Assembly (NCBI GenBank): GCA_965223665.1
Contig: OZ245011.1
Location: 768,001 to 832,000, forward strand
Direction: 5' to 3'
Source: Nitrospinaceae bacterium
GTDB taxonomy: Bacteria > Nitrospinota > Nitrospinia > Nitrospinales > Nitrospinaceae
Length of the DNA stretch: 64,000 bases
In this document: one piece after another, positions 10,063-19,054 of the stretch
Position numbering within the stretch: position 1 is the first letter of the stretch
Layout of the letters: each line of letters opens with the position of its first letter
Position numbers and translations under genes: made by a program
Notes under the pieces: model-generated
Database searches by the model: none
Seen by the model: the letters and a program-made list of their open reading frames with translations, nothing else
What the model was told of the DNA's origin: nothing

Positions 10063-10096
10063 AAAAAAAATGCCGAAGGGGAAATCCTTCGGCATT
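10063..10096 (-). terminator. Rho-independent terminator after ctpA
   Basis: ATGCCGAAGG/CCTTCGGCAT stem with an A8 run on + (U tract on -). Confidence 0.8.
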
Positions 10097-10124
10097 ATAA
10101 TATCAAAAATTAATTTAAAAGTTT

Positions 10125-11588
10125 TTATTTTGCAGCCATACTCTTAAAATTTGTTTTAGTGAAAATACGACTCATAATTGACCAACCACGAAGTAAAGAA
10201 ATAGCTTCTTTTAGTTGAGGATCCTTTGAAAGTTCAGCTTCTAATAGTGCCATTTCCTTTGTGATAGTCTCCTTTTCATTAACTTCGCTTATTTCATCTG
10301 AGGTTTCATCATCCTCTTCAATACTTTTCTTTCCTTTCAAATGTTTTTTAAGATCTCTTTCTCTTAGGAACCTTCTAATTTTTTCTTTTTCTTTACTTGC
10401 TTTTTCCTCTTTAATTTCTTTTTCACTTTTTTCCTTAGCCGACCTAGCCGAAGTTTCAACTATAATATCTGGAACAATTCCATTTTCCTGAATAACCCTT
10501 CCACTTGGAGTATAATATCTCGCTGTTGTTAACCGCAAAGCAGATCCATCACTTAAAGGAATTATAGTTTGTACTGATCCTTTTCCAAATGTTTGGGTGC
10601 CTAAAATTATGGCCCTTCCCAAATCTTGCAATGCTCCAGCAACAATTTCTGATGCACTGGCACTCCCTCCATTGACCAGAATAATCATGGGATAGGAAGA
10701 ATCATTTTTCAATTCATGGGTAGAAAATCTACGCAAATTCTGGTCCTCAGTACGACCCTTTGTATATACAATAAGATTTTCCTCATCTAAAAATCGGTCG
10801 GTAACCTCGACAGCCTGATTTAATAGACCACCAGGATTATTTCTTAAATCTAAAACTAGTTTTTGTATTCGATTATTTTTAAATTTTTTTAAGGCCTTAT
10901 CTAAATCGCTACTAGTCGTCTTAGTGAAATTTCTGATTTTTACATAACCGATGTTTCCCTGATACATTTTGTTTTTTACACTTTTAACCTTGATTTCGTC
11001 CCTGACAATGGTGATTTCTTTGGGTTCTTTTAATCCTTCACGCAAAATTGTAATCTTTACTGGTGTGCCCTTTTTACCCCTCAAAATACTTACGGCATCT
11101 GAAAGGGACATATCTAATGTTGACTCGTCTTCAATTTTAACAATTTTATCACCAGGCTTTACTCCGGCTTTAAAAGCAGGGGTATCCTCAATTGGAGAGA
11201 CAATTGTTAAAATCCCATCTCGCATAGTAATTTCAATTCCTAATCCACCAAATTTTCCAGCTGTTTCAACTTGCATTTGTTTGTATGCATCAGGAGGCAT
11301 ATAAGAGGTATGAGGATCTAGGGTTCTTAACATCCCATTAATCGCTCCATCTATAATTTCTTTTGAGTTTATTTCTTCCACATAAGTTGCTTCCAAAATG
11401 GAAAGAATTTCTGAAAAAACTTTTAATTTATCATATGTATTAGTTGAAACTTCTGCTTCACCATTAGCCTCTTTAGCGTTAGTTAAAGAAGAAAATACAA
11501 AAATAATTAAAAAGGCCATACAACCAAAAGCAGAAATCCACTTTTTGAGGCACAACCGAGGATGGGTTCTTAGACTGTATGATTTCAA
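10125..11588 (-). CDS. ctpA: S41 carboxyl-terminal processing protease
   Basis: LDPHTSY, PDZ GGLGIEI, DLRNNPGG, SASASEIVAG, TFGKGSVQ, YYTPSG. Confidence 0.93.
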   Translation of the reverse strand: MKSYSLRTHPRLCLKKWISAFGCMAFLIIFVFSSLTNAKEANGEAEVSTNTYDKLKVFSEILSILEATYVEEINSKEIIDGAINGMLRTLDPHTSYMPPDAYKQMQVETAGKFGGLGIEITMRDGILTIVSPIEDTPAFKAGVKPGDKIVKIEDESTLDMSLSDAVSILRGKKGTPVKITILREGLKEPKEITIVRDEIKVKSVKNKMYQGNIGYVKIRNFTKTTSSDLDKALKKFKNNRIQKLVLDLRNNPGGLLNQAVEVTDRFLDEENLIVYTKGRTEDQNLRRFSTHELKNDSSYPMIILVNGGSASASEIVAGALQDLGRAIILGTQTFGKGSVQTIIPLSDGSALRLTTARYYTPSGRVIQENGIVPDIIVETSARSAKEKSEKEIKEEKASKEKEKIRRFLRERDLKKHLKGKKSIEEDDETSDEISEVNEKETITKEMALLEAELSKDPQLKEAISLLRGWSIMSRIFTKTNFKSMAAK

Positions 11589-11666
11589 GGTAGGTTCTCC
11601 AAGAAAATAATAATTGATGGGTATACTTTAATTATAGCTTAATTTACTTATATTTATAGCGTCAAT

Positions 11667-12851
11667 TCATTTTTTTGCCAAGCGAAACCAGGGTTTAGGA
11701 TCTATGGGCTTACCTTTGTGGCGAAGTTCAAAATATAAAACCTCACCTTTAAGGGATCCGGAATCTCCAGAAATTCCAACTGGCACACCCTCTTCCACCA
11801 ATTCTCCTGTTTCTACAAGAAATTTATCCAAATGACCATATAAAGAATGATAGTTGTTTCCATGACCTAAAATGATGAGATTTCCATATCCTTCTAAAAA
11901 ACCTCGATAAAGGACCTTTCCATGAAAAATTGAGCGCACCTCTTTACCCTTATCGACTTTTAAATTAATTCCATTATTAACAATGTAAGAATTGTATTTT
12001 TTATCTTTTCTTTTACCGAACCGGTTCAAAATTTTTCCCTCAACCGGGAATCTTAAGCGTCCCTTGACATCTGTCAGGCTAAGTCCTTCTCCTAAAACAA
12101 GTTTCTCACGTAGCTTTTTTATTATTTCATTTAATTTTTTGGAAGCTTTTAGCAATTCCCTTCTTGTTTGAATAATATAATTTTTTTTGTTCTTTATTTT
12201 TTTTAAGAATAAATATTTGGCTTTCTTTTCTTTTTCCGCTTCTTTTTTCTTAATTCGAGCAAATCCTTCTAACTTGATCAATTTTTCACGACTTTCAATT
12301 AAGGTATCTTTTTCAATTTTGAGTTTTTTTATTTTCGAAGAATAGCTTTGAAAAATTTCTGAATCATATGACATAATTGACTCAGTAAACTTTATCCTCT
12401 GAAGCATATCGCTAAAACTATCCGAAGAAAAAAGTATCTTTACTAATAACACATCTCCTTCTTTGTAAATGGTCCTCAACCGATGACCAATAATTTGTTT
12501 CAAATCTTTAAGATCATTTTCTAATTTTCCAATGCTCAACGTAAGCCGGGAAGTTTTTTTATTATTGAGTTCAATATTCCAATTATAAATTTGAAGTTCT
12601 CTTTCTTTCAATTTAAGACGGTCGTCAAGATTTTCTAATATCTTTAAAATATTTCCCTCTTTCTTTCCCATGGAATCAATTTTTTTATTTTCCTTTTCAA
12701 TTTTCTTTTTTAATTTTTCAAGTTCCGTTTTTTCCTCACTTATGTAAATTTCAAAATCTTTGTTCTTAGTATCACCTTTATCAGCAAAAGAAAAAGAAAT
12801 AGGAAATAATAAATAAAAAAGGATTAGTAGATTAAATAAAAAAGATTTCAT
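11667..12851 (-). CDS. envC: Murein hydrolase activator EnvC (coiled coil + M23/LytM)
   Basis: Signal peptide, long coiled coil, GYGNLIILGH, SLYGHL, LYFELR; directly downstream of ftsEX. Confidence 0.88.
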   Translation of the reverse strand: MKSFLFNLLILFYLLFPISFSFADKGDTKNKDFEIYISEEKTELEKLKKKIEKENKKIDSMGKKEGNILKILENLDDRLKLKERELQIYNWNIELNNKKTSRLTLSIGKLENDLKDLKQIIGHRLRTIYKEGDVLLVKILFSSDSFSDMLQRIKFTESIMSYDSEIFQSYSSKIKKLKIEKDTLIESREKLIKLEGFARIKKKEAEKEKKAKYLFLKKIKNKKNYIIQTRRELLKASKKLNEIIKKLREKLVLGEGLSLTDVKGRLRFPVEGKILNRFGKRKDKKYNSYIVNNGINLKVDKGKEVRSIFHGKVLYRGFLEGYGNLIILGHGNNYHSLYGHLDKFLVETGELVEEGVPVGISGDSGSLKGEVLYFELRHKGKPIDPKPWFRLAKK

Positions 12852-13744
12852 TTTTTATAGTAAGAATTTAAAAATTGATTAACCGAGACAAAACTTCCCA
12901 ACCAACCCAAAAAAATGCTTAACGTAACCAATAAAATCAAATAGGGACCAGAAAGAAATTTAAATTCAATACCGCGGGCTAAATAGCTCAAAGAACCCTG
13001 AAATTGTTCCTTTAAAAAAAATTGAATAACTTTTACAAAAATTAATGAAAACCCCGCTCCCAATATTCCATGAATGATGCCCTCGAAGAAAAAGGGTGCC
13101 TTTATAAAACCGGGCTTGGCACCTATTAATAACATTAATTCGATTTCATCTCTTCGGGAAAACACAGACAGCTTAATTGTATTGGAAATTATCAACATTG
13201 CGCCCAATGCCAATAAGGCTCCAATTGCCATCAAAAAAATCCTAAGTAAAATCATAAAGGTTTCAAAACGTCCAATCCATTTTTCTCCATAATCCACAGA
13301 TTCAACACCCCTTTGATTTCGTATGTTTCCTGCCAGTTCTCGGAGTTTCTTTAGAGGATCTTTTATAGGTTTTAATTTTAAAATGTAGGATGCAGGGAGG
13401 GGATTAAAATCTAATTCATTTAAAAAATCAGATTTTTGGGCAAACATTTCTTTAAACTTCTTCCATGCCTCATTCTCGCTTACAAATTTTGTTCTTTCAA
13501 CATCGTTCAGTTTCTTAAAATAGGTTTCTAGATTTTTCCTGTCTTGATCACTTATACCATCCTCTATATAAACTAAAAGCCGAATCTCTTCATTCCAGGT
13601 CACCAATAATGAATTTAAGTTGTAGTAAATGAATAAAAAGACACTAAGAATGGATAAAGCAATAGAAATAGAACCAATCGAGGCAAAGTAAATTTGTTTA
13701 CTTGATTTGATATTTAAAAACGCGGAGCGAATTGCTCGGATCAT
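12848..13744 (-). CDS. ftsX: Cell division permease-like protein FtsX
   Basis: NPLPASY, ISNTIKL..FSRRDEIE.M.LIGA, PFFFEG; 4 TM helices. Confidence 0.93.
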   Translation of the reverse strand: MIRAIRSAFLNIKSSKQIYFASIGSISIALSILSVFLFIYYNLNSLLVTWNEEIRLLVYIEDGISDQDRKNLETYFKKLNDVERTKFVSENEAWKKFKEMFAQKSDFLNELDFNPLPASYILKLKPIKDPLKKLRELAGNIRNQRGVESVDYGEKWIGRFETFMILLRIFLMAIGALLALGAMLIISNTIKLSVFSRRDEIELMLLIGAKPGFIKAPFFFEGIIHGILGAGFSLIFVKVIQFFLKEQFQGSLSYLARGIEFKFLSGPYLILLVTLSIFLGWLGSFVSVNQFLNSYYKK

Positions 13745-13746
13745 TC

Positions 13747-14415
13747 TTATACTGGAATTTGATTATTTACAATTTTCCCCCGGTTTAAAGTCACAATGGG
13801 GTGTTTATTATTTCGTAATATTTCTTGACTATGGGTGGCAAAAATTACCGTCATTCCTCTTTGATTTGCTTTTTCAAAAAGCTCTAATATTTCTAGTCCC
13901 ATCTCTGTATCTAAATTACCTGTAGGTTCGTCAGCAAGTAAAATTTGAGGAGAATTCACTAAAGCACGGGCTATGGCAACACGCTGTTGCTCTCCACCAG
14001 ATAATTGAAGTGGGTAATCATCCTTTTTTTTTGTTAATCCAACATTTTTTAAAGCTTCCCAAGTATTGTAATGGATTGCTTTTGGGTCAGCCTCAATTAT
14101 TTCCTGAGCTAAAGCTACATTTTCATAAACTGTTTTGTGTGATAAAAGTTTATAATCTTGGAAAACCACCCCCATGTTTCTTCTTAATTTATATAAATGC
14201 TTTAACTTAAGACGACCAATATTTATACCGTTTACTAATACTTGGCCTTTATCATAATTTTCCCAACGAAATAAAATTTTTATTAATGTTGTTTTTCCCG
14301 CACCACTGGGTCCTGTAACAAAAACAAAATCGCCTTTATTAATTCTCAAGGAAACGTCAACCAGGGCAGGATGTAGGTTATTATAAATTTTACAAACGTT
14401 AAATAATTGTATCAT
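13747..14415 (-). CDS. ftsE: Cell division ATP-binding protein FtsE
   Basis: GPSGAGKTT, VFQDYKLL, LSGGEQQRVAIARA, ADEPTGNLD; adjacent to ftsX. Confidence 0.95.
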   Translation of the reverse strand: MIQLFNVCKIYNNLHPALVDVSLRINKGDFVFVTGPSGAGKTTLIKILFRWENYDKGQVLVNGINIGRLKLKHLYKLRRNMGVVFQDYKLLSHKTVYENVALAQEIIEADPKAIHYNTWEALKNVGLTKKKDDYPLQLSGGEQQRVAIARALVNSPQILLADEPTGNLDTEMGLEILELFEKANQRGMTVIFATHSQEILRNNKHPIVTLNRGKIVNNQIPV

Positions 14416-14568
14416 CCGTAAGGGATATGGGTTGGATCAAAAATTAGAGTTTGAATAGAATGAATTGAATTTAAAGAAACTTTTTAAAATTTAGGTTGGT
14501 CATTTTTCCTTCCCAATTGGGGTTCCTTGAAAAATATAACAACAAATAAAAATTTAAGTTTGTGCGTT

Positions 14569-15186
14569 TTAATTTTGAGGTGAACTTGGCAGTTCATCCG
14601 TTAAAATGATATCGCTTTCAATTGAATCCTCAGTGATCATGTCTTCAGTCAACATGGAAATAACATTATTTCTATAAAATTTTCGAATTTGCTCTTCTGA
14701 TAAAAGTTCAAAGTTTAAAAATGTTTTAACAATCAATCTATGGTCTTCAATATCAAAAGCAAAAACTCCAGCGGATCCAATTAGATATCCTTCATGCTGT
14801 CCAAAGGTTAAAATAGCTTCTTCAAGAATAGCATCAAGCAATATGATGCAATTATCATCCGTTTGAGTGCGCTCGCTAAACCTGTCAATACAATGAGTGG
14901 TATAAGCCACCTGAGGAAAAATAAAAGATTTAAATAAACGACCCTTATCCGTAGACTCTGTTTTTGATGGTGAAATTAAAGTTTCAAACCCCTGTTTTGT
15001 AAAATCCACCAAACATAAAACATCTTTTCCAAATCGTTTGCTCACTTTTTGGGTCACCTTATCCATAAACCTTTGACGTTTACGGATAGAAATTCTGCCC
15101 CCTCGACCAAAATAGCGATTATATTCTTTCTTCAAGAATTGTTTAATTTGAGCTTGTTTAAATGCAAATTCTCGATCATTTGCCAT
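14569..15186 (-). CDS. Hypothetical protein with an HxxxRxxER motif
   Basis: About 205-aa ORF; ATG 15186 preferred over TTG 15201; contains YTTHCIDRFSER. Confidence 0.7.
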   Translation of the reverse strand: MANDREFAFKQAQIKQFLKKEYNRYFGRGGRISIRKRQRFMDKVTQKVSKRFGKDVLCLVDFTKQGFETLISPSKTESTDKGRLFKSFIFPQVAYTTHCIDRFSERTQTDDNCIILLDAILEEAILTFGQHEGYLIGSAGVFAFDIEDHRLIVKTFLNFELLSEEQIRKFYRNNVISMLTEDMITEDSIESDIILTDELPSSPQN

Positions 15187-15378
15187 AAAAATCAAATCCA
15201 ACGTCTAAAATTTCAGTTTTTTCTTTTCAAAGGTAATTATACTCCATCACGAATCAGGGAAAAAGGAATTAATTTCAGGCTTTTATAATTATCTTTTTGT
15301 TTTATTTAAGGTTATTTAAATTTAAGTAATATTAATATTTTTTCTACTTGCAGTTTTTGATTTTGATAAAATGAAGTT

Positions 15379-16086
15379 ATGAATAACATGTTGAAATTGT
15401 TCATCATACTTTTAACGGCTACATTTTTATTAAATTTTGCCATGAATTATATGGCAAATAACATTTCTGACTTTGAAAACTTACCCCTACCCCCCAAAAA
15501 AATCCAAAGATTTGATTCTCCCTACCCTGTTTTGAAGGTTAATGCTCAATCAAAAGATTCTTGGGTTTTAGTGGACTTTTCATCTGGAGAATTTCATAAA
15601 ATAGAGGACCCAGAGAATAACAAACAACAATTGACTAAGTTTGATTGGGATTTAGGTTTTCAAAGAACGAAAATTATTTCGAATGGTGGAGAAACTAACC
15701 CCCAAGGAACTGTTGGGGTCATTAATCTAGGTCAACAAGATTTTGAGACAATTGAAAATGTTCCAGAAACCTCATTTACCTTTGATAAAAGGTCTTGGGG
15801 AAGTATAAATAATTCATCTCTTACAGATTGGTATGTTTACAGGACTAGAACTCATAATGTAGAATCTAAAAAGAATTTATATATCTTAAAAACATCGGAT
15901 GGCTACATCAAAATGAAAATAATAAATTACTATTGCAGCCGACCAGAAAGTGATTGCCAAACCATGATGTGCACAAGAGACGAGGCAGCTTGTCTTACAA
16001 TTCAGTATAGTCACATTTCTACAAAAAAAGATAAATTTCCAATTTTATCTAAGAATTTAACCCCCACACCTAACATTTCTAATTGA
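15379..16086 (+). CDS. HmuY-family heme-binding protein
   Basis: N-terminal TM/signal; W(V)LVDFSSG, WDLGFQR..I..NGG, WYVY...TH, YIKMKIINYY match the HmuY pattern. Confidence 0.75.
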   Translation: MNNMLKLFIILLTATFLLNFAMNYMANNISDFENLPLPPKKIQRFDSPYPVLKVNAQSKDSWVLVDFSSGEFHKIEDPENNKQQLTKFDWDLGFQRTKIISNGGETNPQGTVGVINLGQQDFETIENVPETSFTFDKRSWGSINNSSLTDWYVYRTRTHNVESKKNLYILKTSDGYIKMKIINYYCSRPESDCQTMMCTRDEAACLTIQYSHISTKKDKFPILSKNLTPTPNISN

Positions 16087-16835
16087 ATAAAATAATTATT
16101 TCTTTTGTCCTCTTTCTTTTGATTTGCGCTTGTGAGCCTCCGAAAGAGGAAATGCGTTTAATTCCTGCCGGAAAATTTAAGTTTGGTATTAATCCTCAAA
16201 ACTCAATCTCTTCTTTTATGTCTGACACAACCTCAAGTCAAAATGCTCAGCCATTACAAGAAATCATGTTACCTGACTTTTTTTTAGATATTTACGAAGT
16301 TACCTATGGAGATTTTTTAAAGTTCAAACCAAATTTAAAGTACTCTGATAAAAAACTCAAAAACCCTATAAGAGGAATATCTTGGTATGAAGCCGAAGCC
16401 TATTGCTTGTGGTTAGGTAAAAGACTGCCAACCGAATTAGAGTGGGAAAAGGCAGCTAGAGGAAATGATGGACGTAGATTTGTTTGGGGAAATGATTTTG
16501 AAAAGGGAAATGCCAATTTTGGAAAAACTGTGAAGCCCGGTGGCGGGTGGCAAGAAGATAAAAGCTTTTACCAGATTTATGATTTGAACGGTAACGTTTC
16601 AGAGTGGACTTCAAGTTGGTACCTTCCCTATCCCAACTCACCTCACCAGGATAAAAATTACGGTGAAAAATATAAGGTAATCCGCGGCGGAGCCATAAAT
16701 AAAACTGAACATGGGTTCCTTGAGGAGTTTAATTCACTTTATTATCGAAACTTTGCTCCTCCCTCACTACGGTCCTGGGACACAGGTTTCCGTTGCGCCA
16801 AATCCTCCATTTCCACAGCTACAAAAAATTTGTAA
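16083..16835 (+). CDS. FGE-sulfatase/SUMF1-domain lipoprotein
   Basis: Lipobox-like ICAC, YEVT, KRLPTELEWEKAARG, GNVSEW, RGG, GFRCA. Overlaps the HmuY stop. Confidence 0.85.
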   Translation: MNKIIISFVLFLLICACEPPKEEMRLIPAGKFKFGINPQNSISSFMSDTTSSQNAQPLQEIMLPDFFLDIYEVTYGDFLKFKPNLKYSDKKLKNPIRGISWYEAEAYCLWLGKRLPTELEWEKAARGNDGRRFVWGNDFEKGNANFGKTVKPGGGWQEDKSFYQIYDLNGNVSEWTSSWYLPYPNSPHQDKNYGEKYKVIRGGAINKTEHGFLEEFNSLYYRNFAPPSLRSWDTGFRCAKSSISTATKNL

Positions 16836-16852
16836 ACTTTCTATTTAGTTTA

Positions 16853-18835
16853 TTATAAATTTTTTTGAACATCATCCTCATCAGAGATTTCTGGATTAAA
16901 GGAAAGATCTTGTGTAAACATTTCATGAATTTTTGAAACATTTTCCACAGGTTGAATTTCTTGATCATCCTTGGTGGATAATATTTCTGACATTTCACTT
17001 TGATTTTCTTCTAGGTTTTCTACTAAAACTTTAGATTCTCTAGAGTCCTCGGAAAAACTCTCAGATTCTGTAAACTGATTGTTATTTCCCTCTGAGATCT
17101 CTGAATTTCCTTCACTTTCCTTTTTTATTGGAGCACGTGTGGTACGAGCAGGTTTTCTTGGACGTCGTCTACCATCTCCACCTGTTCTTCTGGTGCTAGC
17201 TGATTTTCGGGTGTTTTTCCCTCTATATGTCGTTGGTCGGCGACCTCTTCCTCTCTTTTCAGTTTTTTCCGAAGTTCGACTATCAACCATCTCCTTTTTA
17301 TCGGGCTCTGCATTTTTTAAAAGCTTTTCTGCTTCTATTTCTTCTTCTTTCTTTTTCTCCAACACAATATAAGAAAATTGCTCCGCTGGAAGATGATCTT
17401 TGCTTTTAAATTGCAGAGTCACTCCTTGTTTTTCTTGAAATTCATTTAAGTATTTCAATTTATTATTGAGCAAGTAACTTGCAACAGGAGAAGAAATTAC
17501 AATTTCTAAAACTTTAATCGATTCTTCTGCAAGCTTTTCTTGTATTTTGCGTAGTACACTTAGTGCTATCGTACTTACCGTTTGAATATGACCGGTTCCA
17601 GAGCAACGGCTGCAGGGCTCAAATACTCCTTCCTTAACAGGAGGAGATAGACGTTGCCGCGACATTTCCATAAGCCCGAATCTGGAAATCCGTGAAATAT
17701 TTACCCGGGCTTTATCAATTTTACAACTCTGCTTAAGTTTCTTCTCTACAAGTGATTTGTTTTTCTTTTGGAACATGTCAATAAAATCAATGACAATGAG
17801 CCCCCCTAAATCCCTGAGCCTTAATTGATGAGCTATTTCTTCTGCTGCCTCCAAGTTTGTTTTTACAGCTGTTTCTTCTAACTCGCTAGCACTGGTGGTT
17901 TTCCCAGAATTAACATCAATAGCCACCATGGCTTCTCCAATGTCAATGACTATAGAACCTCCAGAAGGAAGGGGAACTTGGCGGTTAAAAATACTTTCGA
18001 TCTGAGACTCGACATTGTAATGAGAGAATAAAGGCCTGGATTCTTGATAATATTTCACTCTGTGACGCATTCGAGGCATTACTAGCCGTATAAATTCCTT
18101 TACCGCTTTGTAAGACTGAAAATTATCAACTATTATTTCATTTGTATCTCCAGTAAATTGATCTCGAACAGTACGAACTACCATGTCAGGCCCTTCGTGC
18201 AACAACAAGGGAGCTTTAGTATCCGGATCTTTCATTTTTTCCTGTATACTTTCCCAAATTTTGATCAACATCTGCAGATCTTTTTGTAACTCAATTTTAG
18301 TTCTTCCTAATCCTGCTGTTCTAATAATAACCCCAAGATTTTCCGGGAGACCTAATTGAGAAACAATTTCTTTGAGTTTTTTTCTTTCAGATTCATCCTC
18401 AATTTTTCTAGATATTCCAGTGGAATCACTGGAACCGGTAAGCACTAAGCAACGCCCAGGAATGGTTATTGCGTTGGATAGCGAAGGACCTTTTGCATCT
18501 CGACTTTCTTTTACAACTTGAACTAATATTTTCTGTCCACGAAGTAACACATCTTGAATTCGGGTTTTTGCCTTTTTTTCACGGGTAGGAATGTAAGATT
18601 CTTTTAATACATCTTTAAAAGGTAGGAAACCATATTTTTTACCACCGAAGTCTATAAATGCGGCTTCTATCGCCGGTTCAACTCTGGTGATCACTCCTAA
18701 ATAAATATTTCCTTTAATTAACTCTTGGCTAGTGTGTTCTACAATATAATCTTCTAATTTTCCATTATTTAAAATAACGGCTCTACATTCCTCCGGGTGA
18801 TCGGCATTTATTAACATAACTTTTTTGTTGGACAT
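16853..18835 (-). CDS. rne: Ribonuclease E/G family
   Basis: S1 domain GNIYLG, AAFIDFG, IDVNSG, LRLRDLGGLIVIDFIDM, Zn-link CSRC, disordered Arg-rich/acidic tail. ATG 18835 preferred. Confidence 0.93.
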   Translation of the reverse strand: MSNKKVMLINADHPEECRAVILNNGKLEDYIVEHTSQELIKGNIYLGVITRVEPAIEAAFIDFGGKKYGFLPFKDVLKESYIPTREKKAKTRIQDVLLRGQKILVQVVKESRDAKGPSLSNAITIPGRCLVLTGSSDSTGISRKIEDESERKKLKEIVSQLGLPENLGVIIRTAGLGRTKIELQKDLQMLIKIWESIQEKMKDPDTKAPLLLHEGPDMVVRTVRDQFTGDTNEIIVDNFQSYKAVKEFIRLVMPRMRHRVKYYQESRPLFSHYNVESQIESIFNRQVPLPSGGSIVIDIGEAMVAIDVNSGKTTSASELEETAVKTNLEAAEEIAHQLRLRDLGGLIVIDFIDMFQKKNKSLVEKKLKQSCKIDKARVNISRISRFGLMEMSRQRLSPPVKEGVFEPCSRCSGTGHIQTVSTIALSVLRKIQEKLAEESIKVLEIVISSPVASYLLNNKLKYLNEFQEKQGVTLQFKSKDHLPAEQFSYIVLEKKKEEEIEAEKLLKNAEPDKKEMVDSRTSEKTEKRGRGRRPTTYRGKNTRKSASTRRTGGDGRRRPRKPARTTRAPIKKESEGNSEISEGNNNQFTESESFSEDSRESKVLVENLEENQSEMSEILSTKDDQEIQPVENVSKIHEMFTQDLSFNPEISDEDDVQKNL

Positions 18836-19054
18836 TTTTTTGATCGCCTTTCTTTTTGGCAAACTTATTTTTGTTTTCACCCGTCAATTTGACAATTCTC
18901 ATAATAAAACAAAACCATTCTTATTTCAAAAACTGTAAAGACATGTTATTTTAATATTATTTAGAGTAATTTTTGAAATATTTATTCGAAGGGGCGAACA
19001 TCTATTATTTTTAGATATATTTCCTCACCTTTTCAATTTTTATTTTAGATTTCT

